A stretch of DNA of 64,000 nucleotides, taken from assembly GCA_963766645.1 (NCBI GenBank), contig CAVYAY010000003.1, positions 759,221 through 823,220 on the forward strand, written 5' to 3'. This DNA comes from an uncultured Chloroflexia bacterium. Its GTDB lineage: Bacteria > Chloroflexota > Dehalococcoidia > DSTF01 > WHTK01. A program made the translations under genes and the position numbers. The number at the start of each line of letters is the position of its first letter. Positions within the stretch are counted from its first letter, which is position 1. Under the pieces are notes generated by a model that saw only the letters and a program-made list of their open reading frames with translations, did no database searches and was not told where the DNA came from. Shown here piece by piece: positions 40,817-50,094 of the stretch.

Positions 40817-41415
40817 TTCTTGTCGGTGCGGCGTCGCCTGTGGGGGCGAGAGGGCAACGCCCTCCGATAATTGAGGTAGTAGCGGCTGGGTTCCGGCCCC
40901 TCCTGCCCCTGGTACTTCGACCCGGCAGAGCCGTAGGGCTTGTCGGCGGGCGTCGTCAGCCGCGAAAAGGACAGCTGAGACACCGGCATCTTGTAGTACA
41001 GGGTCACCGGCAGGTTGCTGATGTTGTGTAGCTCCAGCGTCAGCCGCCCCTTGAACCCCGGATCGACGAAGCCTGCCGTCGAGTGGACGATAAGCCCCAG
41101 TCGCCCCAGCGAACTCTTCCCATCGAGCCGCCCCACAAGGTCGACCGGTACCTCAACACGCTCCAACGTCACCGCCAGCACGAATTCGCCCGGGTGCAGG
41201 ATGAATGGCGTCTCCTCCGTGATCGAAGTCAGCTCTGTGAGGTCGGTGGCCTCCTGCTTCACGTCGATGTACGGCATGCGGTAGTTCTGAAAGACACGGA
41301 ACTCACGGCCCAGACGCAGGTCAACGCTGGCCGGCTGCAGGAAGCTGTCATCCCACGGGTCGATGATCAGTCGCCCAGCGTCGATCTCTTCGCGAATGCT
41401 GCGGTCGCTTAGGAC
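40813..41415 (-). CDS. dcd: dCTP deaminase; the true start lies upstream of the tracked ATG (41277) but no canonical start codon is visible
   Basis: The in-frame upstream extension reads ..VLSDRSIREEIDAGRLIIDPWDDSFLQPASVDLRLGREFRVF.. (classic Dcd N-terminus) before MPYIDV; the 3' end overlaps the ribD start (ATGA). Confidence 0.75.
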   Translation of the reverse strand, partial: VLSDRSIREEIDAGRLIIDPWDDSFLQPASVDLRLGREFRVFQNYRMPYIDVKQEATDLTELTSITEETPFILHPGEFVLAVTLERVEVPVDLVGRLDGKSSLGRLGLIVHSTAGFVDPGFKGRLTLELHNISNLPVTLYYKMPVSQLSFSRLTTPADKPYGSAGSKYQGQEGPEPSRYYLNYRRALPSRPHRRRRTDKK

Positions 41416-41476
41416 GGACGTGACGTAGCCCTCCGAGTGGTAATTTAGCCGGATTCTACGCGTCGAAGCGCATAGG

Positions 41477-41503
41477 GCATAGAGAAGGGAGCGGCTGAGC
41501 CGC
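41477..41503 (-). terminator. Perfect GC-rich hairpin (GAAGGGAGCGGC-TCA-GCCGCTCCCTTC, 12-bp stem), candidate terminator of the SIMPL gene
   Basis: Seen directly; lies 30 nt 3' of the SIMPL stop on the minus strand; the trailing sequence is only weakly U-rich. Confidence 0.5.
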
Positions 41504-41531
41504 TCCCTTCTATTCGCTTCCCTTGCGCCGG

Positions 41532-42266
41532 CTACTCGATTGCGAAGAGAACGTTTACCGTGACGCTGATCTCGAGCTGCCCGGTCTCGATCGGCGTCTG
41601 GGCCGCAGAGTCCGCAACGCCGCCCGCCGCCGTCGGGAGCCCTCGGTCGTAGAACGGGTAATAGCTGCTCTCGGAGATTGATATCAGCTTGCCGACCTTT
41701 GCACCGGCGTTGCTCGCCAGCTGCTCTGCCTGGGCGCGAGCCTTCTTCACGGCCTCTTCCCGTGCTTTCGCCTGCAGCTCCGTCGGGTCGTCGATGGTAA
41801 ACGAAACGCCCTGCACGACGGCGTCATTGCCCCCCGCCAGGGTCGCCGCGTCGATAGCATCCCCGGCCTTGTCGAGGTCGCGCACCTTCGCCGTCACGAC
41901 GTTGCTGACCACGTATCCCACGATCTCGCCCCGACCGTTGAGCTTGGTGTAGTCGTATTGCGGCGAGACGTTGAACTGGACCGTCTGGATGTCATCGTCC
42001 TTTACGCCGTTGTCTTTCAGCGCCTTGATAACCGCGGTCTGCGCGCTGGCCGCCGCCTCGCGAGCGTCTGCGATGCTCTCGCGCTGCGCCGACACGCCAA
42101 CAGTCAGCACCATGACGTCAGGTTCGCCGACCGCAGTACCGGTGCCGCTGGCGCTGATGCCATTTTGCGCTGTGTTATCAGACGCGACGTACGTGTCGCC
42201 GCTGCAGGCCACTGCCAGGAAGGCCACGCCGGCCACCAGTGGTATCAGAAATATCTTGGGGTTCAT
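41532..42266 (-). CDS. SIMPL-domain (DUF541) lipoprotein
   Basis: Lipobox ..LAVACSG..; SIMPL family length and motifs (..GVSFTIDDPTELQAKAREEAVKKARAQAEQLA..). Confidence 0.75.
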   Translation of the reverse strand: MNPKIFLIPLVAGVAFLAVACSGDTYVASDNTAQNGISASGTGTAVGEPDVMVLTVGVSAQRESIADAREAAASAQTAVIKALKDNGVKDDDIQTVQFNVSPQYDYTKLNGRGEIVGYVVSNVVTAKVRDLDKAGDAIDAATLAGGNDAVVQGVSFTIDDPTELQAKAREEAVKKARAQAEQLASNAGAKVGKLISISESSYYPFYDRGLPTAAGGVADSAAQTPIETGQLEISVTVNVLFAIE

Positions 42267-43049
42267 CTTGTTGAGTTCCCTTTCCTATCTTCCACGATTC
42301 GAGGCAAGAACACGGCCAGCAGGGATGCTGCGAACGCGATTGCTGCTGCGATCTCAAGGATGCGCAACGTCGACAGCCCGCTGGAAGAGTCGTCTGAATC
42401 GGCCACTTGGCTCGTTTGCTGCGGCTCACCCGCGGTCGAATTCGCCGCGGCATCGTTGCCCGAGCTTCCGGCTTCTCTCGCCAGCGGAGCCGGTGTCTCC
42501 TCCGTATCCGCGAACGAGTCCTGCGATGGCGCTGCCGCCGCGCTGGACGCCGCGCCGCCGGAGGCTTCTCCGACTGTCGCCGCCGGTGCCGCAGCAGCGC
42601 CAAGCGTCGGGTTCTCTGCGGTCGCGGCCTTCGACGACTCGATCGCCAGTCCGGCGGCGGCTTCCGGCGCCTGCTGCGACGCCGCTGTGGTGGACGAACC
42701 GTCATTGTTGGAGCCTCCGCTCGAATCGATCGCGTCGACGAACAGCAGTCCGACCAGGACGGTCAGCGCCACCGCCGGCGCGAACGCTAGTGACAAACGG
42801 CGCGGTGCCGAGCGCGACTCGCCTTTCGACGGCGAACTCCGGTCCCAGTGCCAGCGAGCGTCGCAGTTGGACGCTCGGCAGCTCGCTCAGAAGCGATTTC
42901 GTGTCCTGCAGCTCCCGGAACAGCGTCGAGCACGCCTCGCAGCTCGCCAGGTGCGTCTCCACAGCACGGCGCGCACGCTCACCCAGCTCCCCGTCCACGT
43001 AAGCGGACAGGTCATCTTCTGGATGAACGCTGCGTCGGAACCAGGTCAT
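42263..43049 (-). CDS. Anti-sigma factor (zf-HC2 N-terminal domain, TM segment, Ser/Ala-rich periplasmic tail), one frameshift
   Basis: ..HLASCEACSTLFRELQ.. zf-HC2 motif; downstream ORF 42263..42796 carries the TM helix and a low-complexity tail. Confidence 0.6.
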
Positions 43050-43061
43050 GCTCTTGCCTCT

Positions 43062-43646
43062 CTAACCTCCTTGACGAAATCGACTTGGAAGAAGTTCCGG
43101 TTGCCTCAACATCACCTCGCGCATCCGCATCCGCGCCCTCGCGATGCGCGACTTAACCGTACCCAGCGACGTCTTCATCGCGACTGCGATCTCCGCGTAG
43201 TCCAGCCCCTCGACGTCGCACATGACGATCGCGGTGCGCTGATCCGCCGGCAGCTCCGCCAGCGCTGCCTGCAGGCTGCCGCGCAACTCCGCGTTGAGCG
43301 CGCTCTCCTCCGGTAAAGGCTCTTCGTCCGGCGGGTCCGGCATGCCGGCTTCCAGCGCCGTGTCCAGCGATGACGAGGGTCGGCGCCCGCGACGCCTCAG
43401 CTCGTCGCGACACAGGTTCGTTGCGATGCGTAACAGCCACGCCCGGAACGAATCGCCGCGAAAGCTACCAATGCTGCGCCAGGCGTTGATGAACGCCTCT
43501 TGCGCCGCGTCCTCCCCTGCCTGCTGCTGCCCCAGCATCCGGATACACACGTTGCAGACCAGCGACTGGTACTCGACGACCAGCTCGTTGAAGGCCGAGA
43601 GGTTGCCCGCCTGGGCGCGCTCGATCCTGACGTCCTCTACAACCAT
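43062..43646 (-). CDS. ECF-subfamily RNA polymerase sigma-70 factor
   Basis: Region 2 (..FNELVVEYQSLVCNVCIRML..) and region 4 (..YAEIAVAMKTSLGTVKSRIARAR..) motifs; 194 aa intact. Confidence 0.9.
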   Translation of the reverse strand: MVVEDVRIERAQAGNLSAFNELVVEYQSLVCNVCIRMLGQQQAGEDAAQEAFINAWRSIGSFRGDSFRAWLLRIATNLCRDELRRRGRRPSSSLDTALEAGMPDPPDEEPLPEESALNAELRGSLQAALAELPADQRTAIVMCDVEGLDYAEIAVAMKTSLGTVKSRIARARMRMREVMLRQPELLPSRFRQGG

Positions 43647-43755
43647 GGAAAGCTTCCAGGCCTGTTCGCGACGCCGTCTCTTGTCCTTCGCGGGGTCCGG
43701 GGTGTCCCCGGTCTAAGCATATCCACCGTCCCGATTCAATCCGGCGCTTCGGCCG

Positions 43756-46700
43756 GTGTCAATTCTTGTCACAACACAGGAAGCATACTTCATCGTTTTA
43801 CATGAACCCAGATGTAGTCTTTTCGCGTGCGACGATCCCCTATATGCTGCCGCTCAGATGCCCGCCGCGTCAGCCGCCCTTCAGACCATCGCTCGCGCTC
43901 GCCGCGACGATCCCCTCGCGCCTGCGACGGTCATCGCGCCCTCGCACGTCGCCGCGATCCACCTGCGACGCCAGCTCGCCGAGATCGGCCCCTTCGCCGG
44001 CGTCCGCTTCGAGACGCTGCCTCGCATCGCCGAGCTGCTCGGGGCCGGCTCACTGGCTCGACAAGGCCGTTCGCCCCTCGCCCGCCCCATCGGCGACTAC
44101 CTGGCGACCCAGATCGCGCGACAGGCCCGCGCCGACCTTGCCGAGGTCTCCGACCTCACCGGCTTCGCCCGCGTCCTGCGCCAGAGCTTCACGCGTCTAC
44201 GCCGTGGTGGGTTCCGGCCCGAGGATGTGCGTAGCAGACTCGACAGCGGCCTGCTCGGTGAGGTCACGCGTCTCTATGCAGCCTTCTGCGCCGAGACCGC
44301 AGCCTTCTACGACGAAGAAGACCTTTTCGACGCCGCGACCGAAGCCGTCAGCCACGGTGGCTCTCCCGTGCTCGACGACCTTGGCGACATCTACGTCCTG
44401 CCGCCCGGTGCGCTGAGCGCCGACGCCGACGCGCTGGTCAAGGCGCTGCGACGCGCCGCCGGCCCGTCGCGCTTCAAGCAGCTCGATACCCCTGTTACTT
44501 CGCCCGAAACTGCCTTCGTCCTCGCGCCCGATCCCGCCAGCGAGGCACGCGAGGCCGCCCGTGAGGTCTTGCGCTCGCTGGAAGCCGGCATCGGCCTGCA
44601 CGAGGTCGCCGTCTTCCACGGCGCCGACTCCGCGTACCGTGCGCTCCTGGCGCAAGCTCTGGAAAACGCCCGCATCCCATTCTCGTCGATGCCCGGCGCG
44701 CCGCTCAGCGAAACTGCCGCGGGACGTGCCGTCCTTGCGATCGCCGAGCTGCCGCTGAACGACTACTCCCGCACCGCCGTGTTCGACTGCCTCGGCCTGG
44801 CTCCGCTACGGCCCTTCCTGCCGTCGTCCGATGGTAACGTTCCGTCTCAGACGTCCCCCTGGCTAAGGCTGGCCCGCGAAGCCGGCGTCACGAAGGGCAT
44901 CGAACGCTGGAGCCTGGGTCTTGGGACCTTGATTGCCGACCGCGAGGCTTACCTCGCCCGCAAGGATGTCGATGACGAGCGCCGAGGCTTCACTGAGCAA
45001 GAGCTCACTCACACGCGGTCGCTGGAGGGTGTCATACGCGGTCTGTTCTTGCGTCTAGAGCCGCTGCGACAGCACCGGGCCGCCGCCGAGTTCATCGAGG
45101 CCTTCAAGGCGATCGTCAGCGACTACATGGATCCACGCGCCCCGGCGATGGACTCTGTCGTGGCTCAGATCGAGCAGCTCGGCACCATCGACAAAGTCCA
45201 CGGTAACTTCGAGCTAACCGGCTTCGTCGCCTCGCTGCGCGCCAACCTCGACGCCGCCTACTATCGCGAGGGGCGCCTCGGCGAAGGCGTCCTCCTCGCC
45301 GACTATCGCCTGGCTGCGGGCCTCAGCTTCCGCCACGTCGTGCTCTGCGGCGCTTACGAGGGCGTTTTCCCCGCCTCCGTCCCGCAAGAACCGCTGGTCG
45401 AGGACCGCTACTGGGCGGACTTGCGCCACGCCGGCCACCCCTTCCTCGAGGACGCCGCCTTGCGGCAGGAACGCGCCCGCCTCGCCGCCGAGCGCGCTGT
45501 CGCCACGGCAACGGATCGCCTCGTCTGGACCGCGCCCCTGCAGGCCGCCGGCGCCGGGCGCGAGCACTACCCTTCGCAGCCTATGCTGGCGGCCGCCCGT
45601 TTGCATGACGGGGCGCTCGCCTCCGCCACCGAGCTGCGCCGAGCCCCGGTGTCAGCCTGGCTACATCGCCCACCGTCGCCGCTCGCCGCAATGCTCACCC
45701 GTTTGCCCGTCGATCTCCCGGAGGCCCGTCTTCGCGCCGCAGTCGTCGCCCGCCGCGACCATCTCGCGACGCCCGGCTCCCACCCCTTGCGTCGCGCCCT
45801 CGATCTTCTGGCGGCACGTCACGGCGATACTTTCAGCGAATTCGACGGCAACCTCTCGTCCCTCCCCGGCGACGACCTCATACCGCGCCGTGGCGTTTCA
45901 CCGACCTCGCTCGAGTACTACGCGGGTTGCGGCATGCGCTACTACCTGCATTCCGTGCTGCGACTGCGGCCCCCGGAGGAGCCGGAAGACCGCGATACCA
46001 TCGACCCTCGAGACAAGGGAACGCTGGTGCACGAGGTACTGGATGTTTTCTTCAAGCAGCAGCAGGAACGCGGCCGGCCCACCGTCAACGAGCCCTGGAC
46101 CGACGTCGACCGCGACGAGCTGCTCTCGATACTCGACACGGAACTGGAGCGCACCCGTCAGCGCGGCCGCACCGGCCTCGACGTATTCGCCGCGCACGAC
46201 TTCCGCCGACTGCACGCCGAGCTCGCCGCCTTCCTCGACCACGACACTGCGTTCCGAATCGAGACCGGCGCGCGGCCCGTCGCCTTCGAGCAGCCGATCC
46301 CGGAGCAGGACTACGGCGGCATTCACCTGCGCGGTTTCGTCGACCGTATCGACGCCACGCCGGACGGCCGCAAAGCCTGGGTGCTCGACTACAAGACCGG
46401 CAGCGCATATTCGTACCGCGGTATGACGCCGGAGGATCCCCTCGCCGGTGGCTCGAAGTTGCAGCTGCCGGCCTACAGCTTCGCCGTGCCCGATGCCGAG
46501 ACAGTCGAAACCTTCTACTGGTTCATCAGCTCGGCGGGCGAATTTGCCAGGCTGGCCTTCAAACCGACGCCTCAGAACATGGCACGTTTCGACGACACGC
46601 TCGGCGCCATCCTCGCCGGCGTTCGCGCCGGCGCCTTCCCACCCGTCCCCGGCGATGAGGACAGCCGGCGCCCGGGCGGATTCGTCAACTGCACCTACTG

Positions 46701-46818
46701 CGACTTCGCCCACCTCTGCTCTACACGCCGGGCCGATGAGTTCGAATCGAAACGTGGCGACCCCGCCATCGATGCCTGGGCCGCCGTCCAACGCGTCGCC
46801 ACGAGGGAACCTCAATGA
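43756..46818 (+). CDS. adnA: Helicase-nuclease subunit with degenerate helicase motifs and a C-terminal RecB-family PD-(D/E)XK nuclease + Cys cluster (AdnA/AddB-like); start codon uncertain (alternative at 43858)
   Basis: 1020 aa intact; C-terminus ..WVLDYKTGSAYSYRG.. nuclease motif III and ..FVNCTYCDFAHLCS.. Cys cluster. Confidence 0.7.
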   Translation: MSILVTTQEAYFIVLHEPRCSLFACDDPLYAAAQMPAASAALQTIARARRDDPLAPATVIAPSHVAAIHLRRQLAEIGPFAGVRFETLPRIAELLGAGSLARQGRSPLARPIGDYLATQIARQARADLAEVSDLTGFARVLRQSFTRLRRGGFRPEDVRSRLDSGLLGEVTRLYAAFCAETAAFYDEEDLFDAATEAVSHGGSPVLDDLGDIYVLPPGALSADADALVKALRRAAGPSRFKQLDTPVTSPETAFVLAPDPASEAREAAREVLRSLEAGIGLHEVAVFHGADSAYRALLAQALENARIPFSSMPGAPLSETAAGRAVLAIAELPLNDYSRTAVFDCLGLAPLRPFLPSSDGNVPSQTSPWLRLAREAGVTKGIERWSLGLGTLIADREAYLARKDVDDERRGFTEQELTHTRSLEGVIRGLFLRLEPLRQHRAAAEFIEAFKAIVSDYMDPRAPAMDSVVAQIEQLGTIDKVHGNFELTGFVASLRANLDAAYYREGRLGEGVLLADYRLAAGLSFRHVVLCGAYEGVFPASVPQEPLVEDRYWADLRHAGHPFLEDAALRQERARLAAERAVATATDRLVWTAPLQAAGAGREHYPSQPMLAAARLHDGALASATELRRAPVSAWLHRPPSPLAAMLTRLPVDLPEARLRAAVVARRDHLATPGSHPLRRALDLLAARHGDTFSEFDGNLSSLPGDDLIPRRGVSPTSLEYYAGCGMRYYLHSVLRLRPPEEPEDRDTIDPRDKGTLVHEVLDVFFKQQQERGRPTVNEPWTDVDRDELLSILDTELERTRQRGRTGLDVFAAHDFRRLHAELAAFLDHDTAFRIETGARPVAFEQPIPEQDYGGIHLRGFVDRIDATPDGRKAWVLDYKTGSAYSYRGMTPEDPLAGGSKLQLPAYSFAVPDAETVETFYWFISSAGEFARLAFKPTPQNMARFDDTLGAILAGVRAGAFPPVPGDEDSRRPGGFVNCTYCDFAHLCSTRRADEFESKRGDPAIDAWAAVQRVATREPQ

Positions 46819-49800
46819 CCGGCGACGCCCCTCGCACGGACAACTCGGCCCGCGAGCAGATTCGCGCGCTGCTGGACGACACGCTATTCGTCGAGGCCAG
46901 CGCCGGCACCGGCAAGACCGCCGCCCTCGTTGACCGCTACCTCGCCCTCGTCCTCGCCGGACGCACCGTCGATCGCATCGTCGCCATCACCTTCACCGAG
47001 AAGGCCGCTGCTGAGCTACGCGACCGCGTGCGAGCCGAGCTCGACGCCCGGCTCAACATCGAAACGGAGACGGATCGCCGCAGGCGCATCGAAGCCGCGC
47101 TGGCCGGCCTCGACCGGGCCCACATCTCTACGATCCACTCGTTCTGCCAATCCCTGCTGCGCTTCTTCGCTGTGCTCGCCGGTATCGACCCCGCCTTCGA
47201 GATCCAGGACGAGGTCGCGGCCGAGCGCCGCTTCGAGGAGCGCTGGCGCACCTACCTCGACAGCCTAGGCTCAGACCCCGCAGCCGTCGACGTCGTTGGC
47301 CGCCTGCTTGACCTCGGCATGACGCCACGCACGCTGCAGGATCTGGCTCACGAGCTCTGGCGGCGCGGCGAGCTGGCCGAACTGCTGGAGCGCGAGCCGC
47401 TGTCCGCGCCGTCCGCATCCTGGCCGGACCTCGCCGCCATGCGCAACGATCTCGCCGCCATCCCCACCGGAACAGTCGCGGACGACGACCGCTTGCTGCC
47501 CCGTATCGCCGAGACCATATCGCTCCTGGACGATCTCATCGCCGTGGGGGACCAGCGCGAAGCCAGGCTGGTCGCCGCGACGCTCAACCCGAGACTCGGG
47601 AACACAGGCAACGCCGGAAACTGGAAGGGCGCGATACCGGTCGCTCAGGCCCGCGAGATCACCATTACCGCGATCCAGACACTTGAAAGCACGCTCGAGA
47701 CTTTGCGTTCCGCCGCCCTCTCGGACGTTCTGCCGCTCGTAGTGCGCTTCGTCACCACCGAGGCTCGAGATCGCGGCCGCGACGGTGCGCTCATGTTCGA
47801 CGACCTCATCCTCAAAGTGCGCAACGTCCTCCGCGACATTCCGGACGCCAGGGTCCGCTTCCGCAACCAGTACGACGCGCTGCTCATCGACGAGTTCCAG
47901 GACACGGATCCACTGCAGGCCGACATCGCGCTCACCTTCGCTACCGACCCCGCGACAGGCCTGCCCGAGCCGGGCCGCCTCTTCCTCGTCGGCGACCCGA
48001 AGCAGTCGATCTACCGCTTCCGTCGCGCCGACATGGCCATGTACGCCCAGACGCGAAACACACTGCGCGACAGCGGTGCCGTCACCATCGACCTTTCGCT
48101 CAACCGCCGCTCCCAGCCCGCAGTTGTCGACTGGGTTAATGAGGTCTTCAAGGCCGTGATCGGCCCTGGACTAGTCGAGAGCGTTCAGCCCGCCTACCAG
48201 CCCATCGACCGCCAACGCAACGACGCGCTCGCCGGCCCCGGCGTCGCCTGCTTCGGCGGCGAGGTCGACGAGCCCGCTGCGCTGACACGCCACCGCGAGG
48301 CGCAACTCATCGCCGCCTACTGCCGCGACGCCTTGCGCCGGGGCTGGCAGGTCGACGACCGCAGCGAGCAAGCGGTCCGTCCCGCCCGTTATCGCGACAT
48401 CGCCGTGCTCCTCCCGGCTCGCACTATCCTGCAGCCGCTGGAACGCGCCCTTGCCAGTGAAGGCATCCCCTACCGCGTCGAAGGCGGCAGCCTGGTCTAC
48501 GCTACCCAGGAAGTACGCGACCTGATCAACTGCCTCACAGCGATCGACGACCCCAGCGACGACGTCGCCGTGGTCGCGGCCCTGCGCAGCCCCGCTTACG
48601 CCTGCTCAGACCCCGAGATCGCCTCCTACCGCCTGCACCAGGGAGGCAGCTTCAACTACCTTTGGCCTGACCTCCAGACGAAGGAGGGCCGCGTTGCCGA
48701 TTCGCTGCGCGAGCTGCGCGAGTGGCATAACCGCCGCGCCGGTTCCTCGATTGCATCACTCGTAGATGCGTTCATCAGCGCCTGCCGTCTCGTCGAGATC
48801 GGTCTGCTCGACACCGGCAACCGCAACGCCTTCCGTCGCGCGCGCTTCCTCGTCGAGCAGGCGCGCGCCTTCGAGTCCGCCGGCCCCGAAACCCTGCGCG
48901 CTTTTGTCGAGTGGCTGGAGCGCCGCGCCGGCGATGCGATCTACGATCACGAAGGCGCCGCGCTGGACGACGACGAGGACGCCGTTCGCGTCCTGACAAT
49001 CCACGCCGCCAAGGGCCTCGAGTTCCCGATCGTCTTCCTCGCCGGCCTTGGCACCGCGCCGTTCAACCAGCGCCCTATCTTCGGCCAGGACCGAAGCGAC
49101 GGCCGGATCGCGGTGCAGGCAGGGCGCGCCTCCGCCTCGTTCAACCTCGGCGCCGTGGATGAGGTGATGCAAAACGTCGGAGCCCATGAGTCGGCCGAAC
49201 GGGCCCGCCTGCTTTACGTCGGCGCCACGCGCGCCCGCGACCACCTCATCGTCTCGATGTTCCACAAGCAGGGCTCCCGCGAGACCTATGCAGACCGGCT
49301 GATCGCGGGCCGCGCCCACGAATTAGCCGCTGCGTTGCCGCCCGTCGCGGTCGCGACGCAGCGTTCGACCGCCTCGTTCGAGGGCGCGATAGTCGACCCC
49401 TTCGACGAAGCAGGCTTCGAAGAACGCCGCGCCGCACTCATCGACGCCGCGCGTACTCGCAGCTTCACCAGCGCCACCGCCCTCACCCGCGACGCCGAAC
49501 CCGAGGATGAAAAGGACGAGCGTGAGTACGAGACCGAGCCGTGGTCAAAGGGACGCGCCGGCACCCACCTCGGCCGCGCCGTCCACGCCGCGCTGCAGAG
49601 CCTCCCCTGGGACGCGGACGACGAAGAGGTCAAGGCGGTCGCGACCGCGCAGGCGGTCGCCGAAGCGATTCCAGACCGCGCGGACGAAGCCGCGAAGTTG
49701 ATCCGCGTCGCGCTCAGCTCACCCGCCGCTGAACGCGCCCGCACGGCGCGGCGCGCCCTTCGCGAAGTGCCCTTCGCCTTCCTGGACGGATCTGCGTCAC

Positions 49801-50090
49801 CGCCCGTCGTCGTCGAGGGCTTCGCCGATCTCGTGATCGAAACCGACGACGGCCTCGAGATCGTCGACTGGAAGACGGACCACGTGGCCGCGTCCACGGT
49901 TGATGAGCGACTCGCGAAGTATCGCACGCAGGCCGGCCTCTACGTGCTAGGGCTGGAGAAGGCACTCGAGTCCACTGGTAAAAAGGTGACGTCGGTCAGC
50001 TACGTCTTCGTCTCGCCCAACCAGGAGCGATCACCCGGCGAACCCGCCGAGCTCGCCGCCGCCGCTCTGCAGCGCCTGCGCGAGCCCTAA
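46815..50090 (+). CDS. adnB: UvrD/Rep-family helicase with a C-terminal RecB-like nuclease domain (AdnB/AddA-like)
   Basis: ..VEASAGTGKTAALVDRY.. Walker A, ..LLIDEFQDTDPLQ.. motif II, ..RVLTIHAAKGLEFPIVFL.. motif V/VI, C-terminal ..DLVIETDDGLEIVDWKTDHV.. nuclease; 4-nt overlap with adnA. Confidence 0.8.
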   Translation: MTGDAPRTDNSAREQIRALLDDTLFVEASAGTGKTAALVDRYLALVLAGRTVDRIVAITFTEKAAAELRDRVRAELDARLNIETETDRRRRIEAALAGLDRAHISTIHSFCQSLLRFFAVLAGIDPAFEIQDEVAAERRFEERWRTYLDSLGSDPAAVDVVGRLLDLGMTPRTLQDLAHELWRRGELAELLEREPLSAPSASWPDLAAMRNDLAAIPTGTVADDDRLLPRIAETISLLDDLIAVGDQREARLVAATLNPRLGNTGNAGNWKGAIPVAQAREITITAIQTLESTLETLRSAALSDVLPLVVRFVTTEARDRGRDGALMFDDLILKVRNVLRDIPDARVRFRNQYDALLIDEFQDTDPLQADIALTFATDPATGLPEPGRLFLVGDPKQSIYRFRRADMAMYAQTRNTLRDSGAVTIDLSLNRRSQPAVVDWVNEVFKAVIGPGLVESVQPAYQPIDRQRNDALAGPGVACFGGEVDEPAALTRHREAQLIAAYCRDALRRGWQVDDRSEQAVRPARYRDIAVLLPARTILQPLERALASEGIPYRVEGGSLVYATQEVRDLINCLTAIDDPSDDVAVVAALRSPAYACSDPEIASYRLHQGGSFNYLWPDLQTKEGRVADSLRELREWHNRRAGSSIASLVDAFISACRLVEIGLLDTGNRNAFRRARFLVEQARAFESAGPETLRAFVEWLERRAGDAIYDHEGAALDDDEDAVRVLTIHAAKGLEFPIVFLAGLGTAPFNQRPIFGQDRSDGRIAVQAGRASASFNLGAVDEVMQNVGAHESAERARLLYVGATRARDHLIVSMFHKQGSRETYADRLIAGRAHELAAALPPVAVATQRSTASFEGAIVDPFDEAGFEERRAALIDAARTRSFTSATALTRDAEPEDEKDEREYETEPWSKGRAGTHLGRAVHAALQSLPWDADDEEVKAVATAQAVAEAIPDRADEAAKLIRVALSSPAAERARTARRALREVPFAFLDGSASPPVVVEGFADLVIETDDGLEIVDWKTDHVAASTVDERLAKYRTQAGLYVLGLEKALESTGKKVTSVSYVFVSPNQERSPGEPAELAAAALQRLREP

Positions 50091-50094
50091 CCCG

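Noticed and set aside
41278-41531. FMN riboswitch upstream of the rib gene string
   Set aside because: The region upstream of the tracked dcd ATG is in-frame Dcd coding sequence. The remaining 60 nt up to the SIMPL terminator lack the conserved FMN-aptamer segments, as far as can be judged by eye.
43647-43755. Palindrome CCGGGGTGTCCCCGG as a terminator
   Set aside because: It lies between divergently transcribed genes (ECF sigma on the minus strand, adnA on the plus), so it cannot terminate either. It is mentioned only as a possible operator/promoter element.
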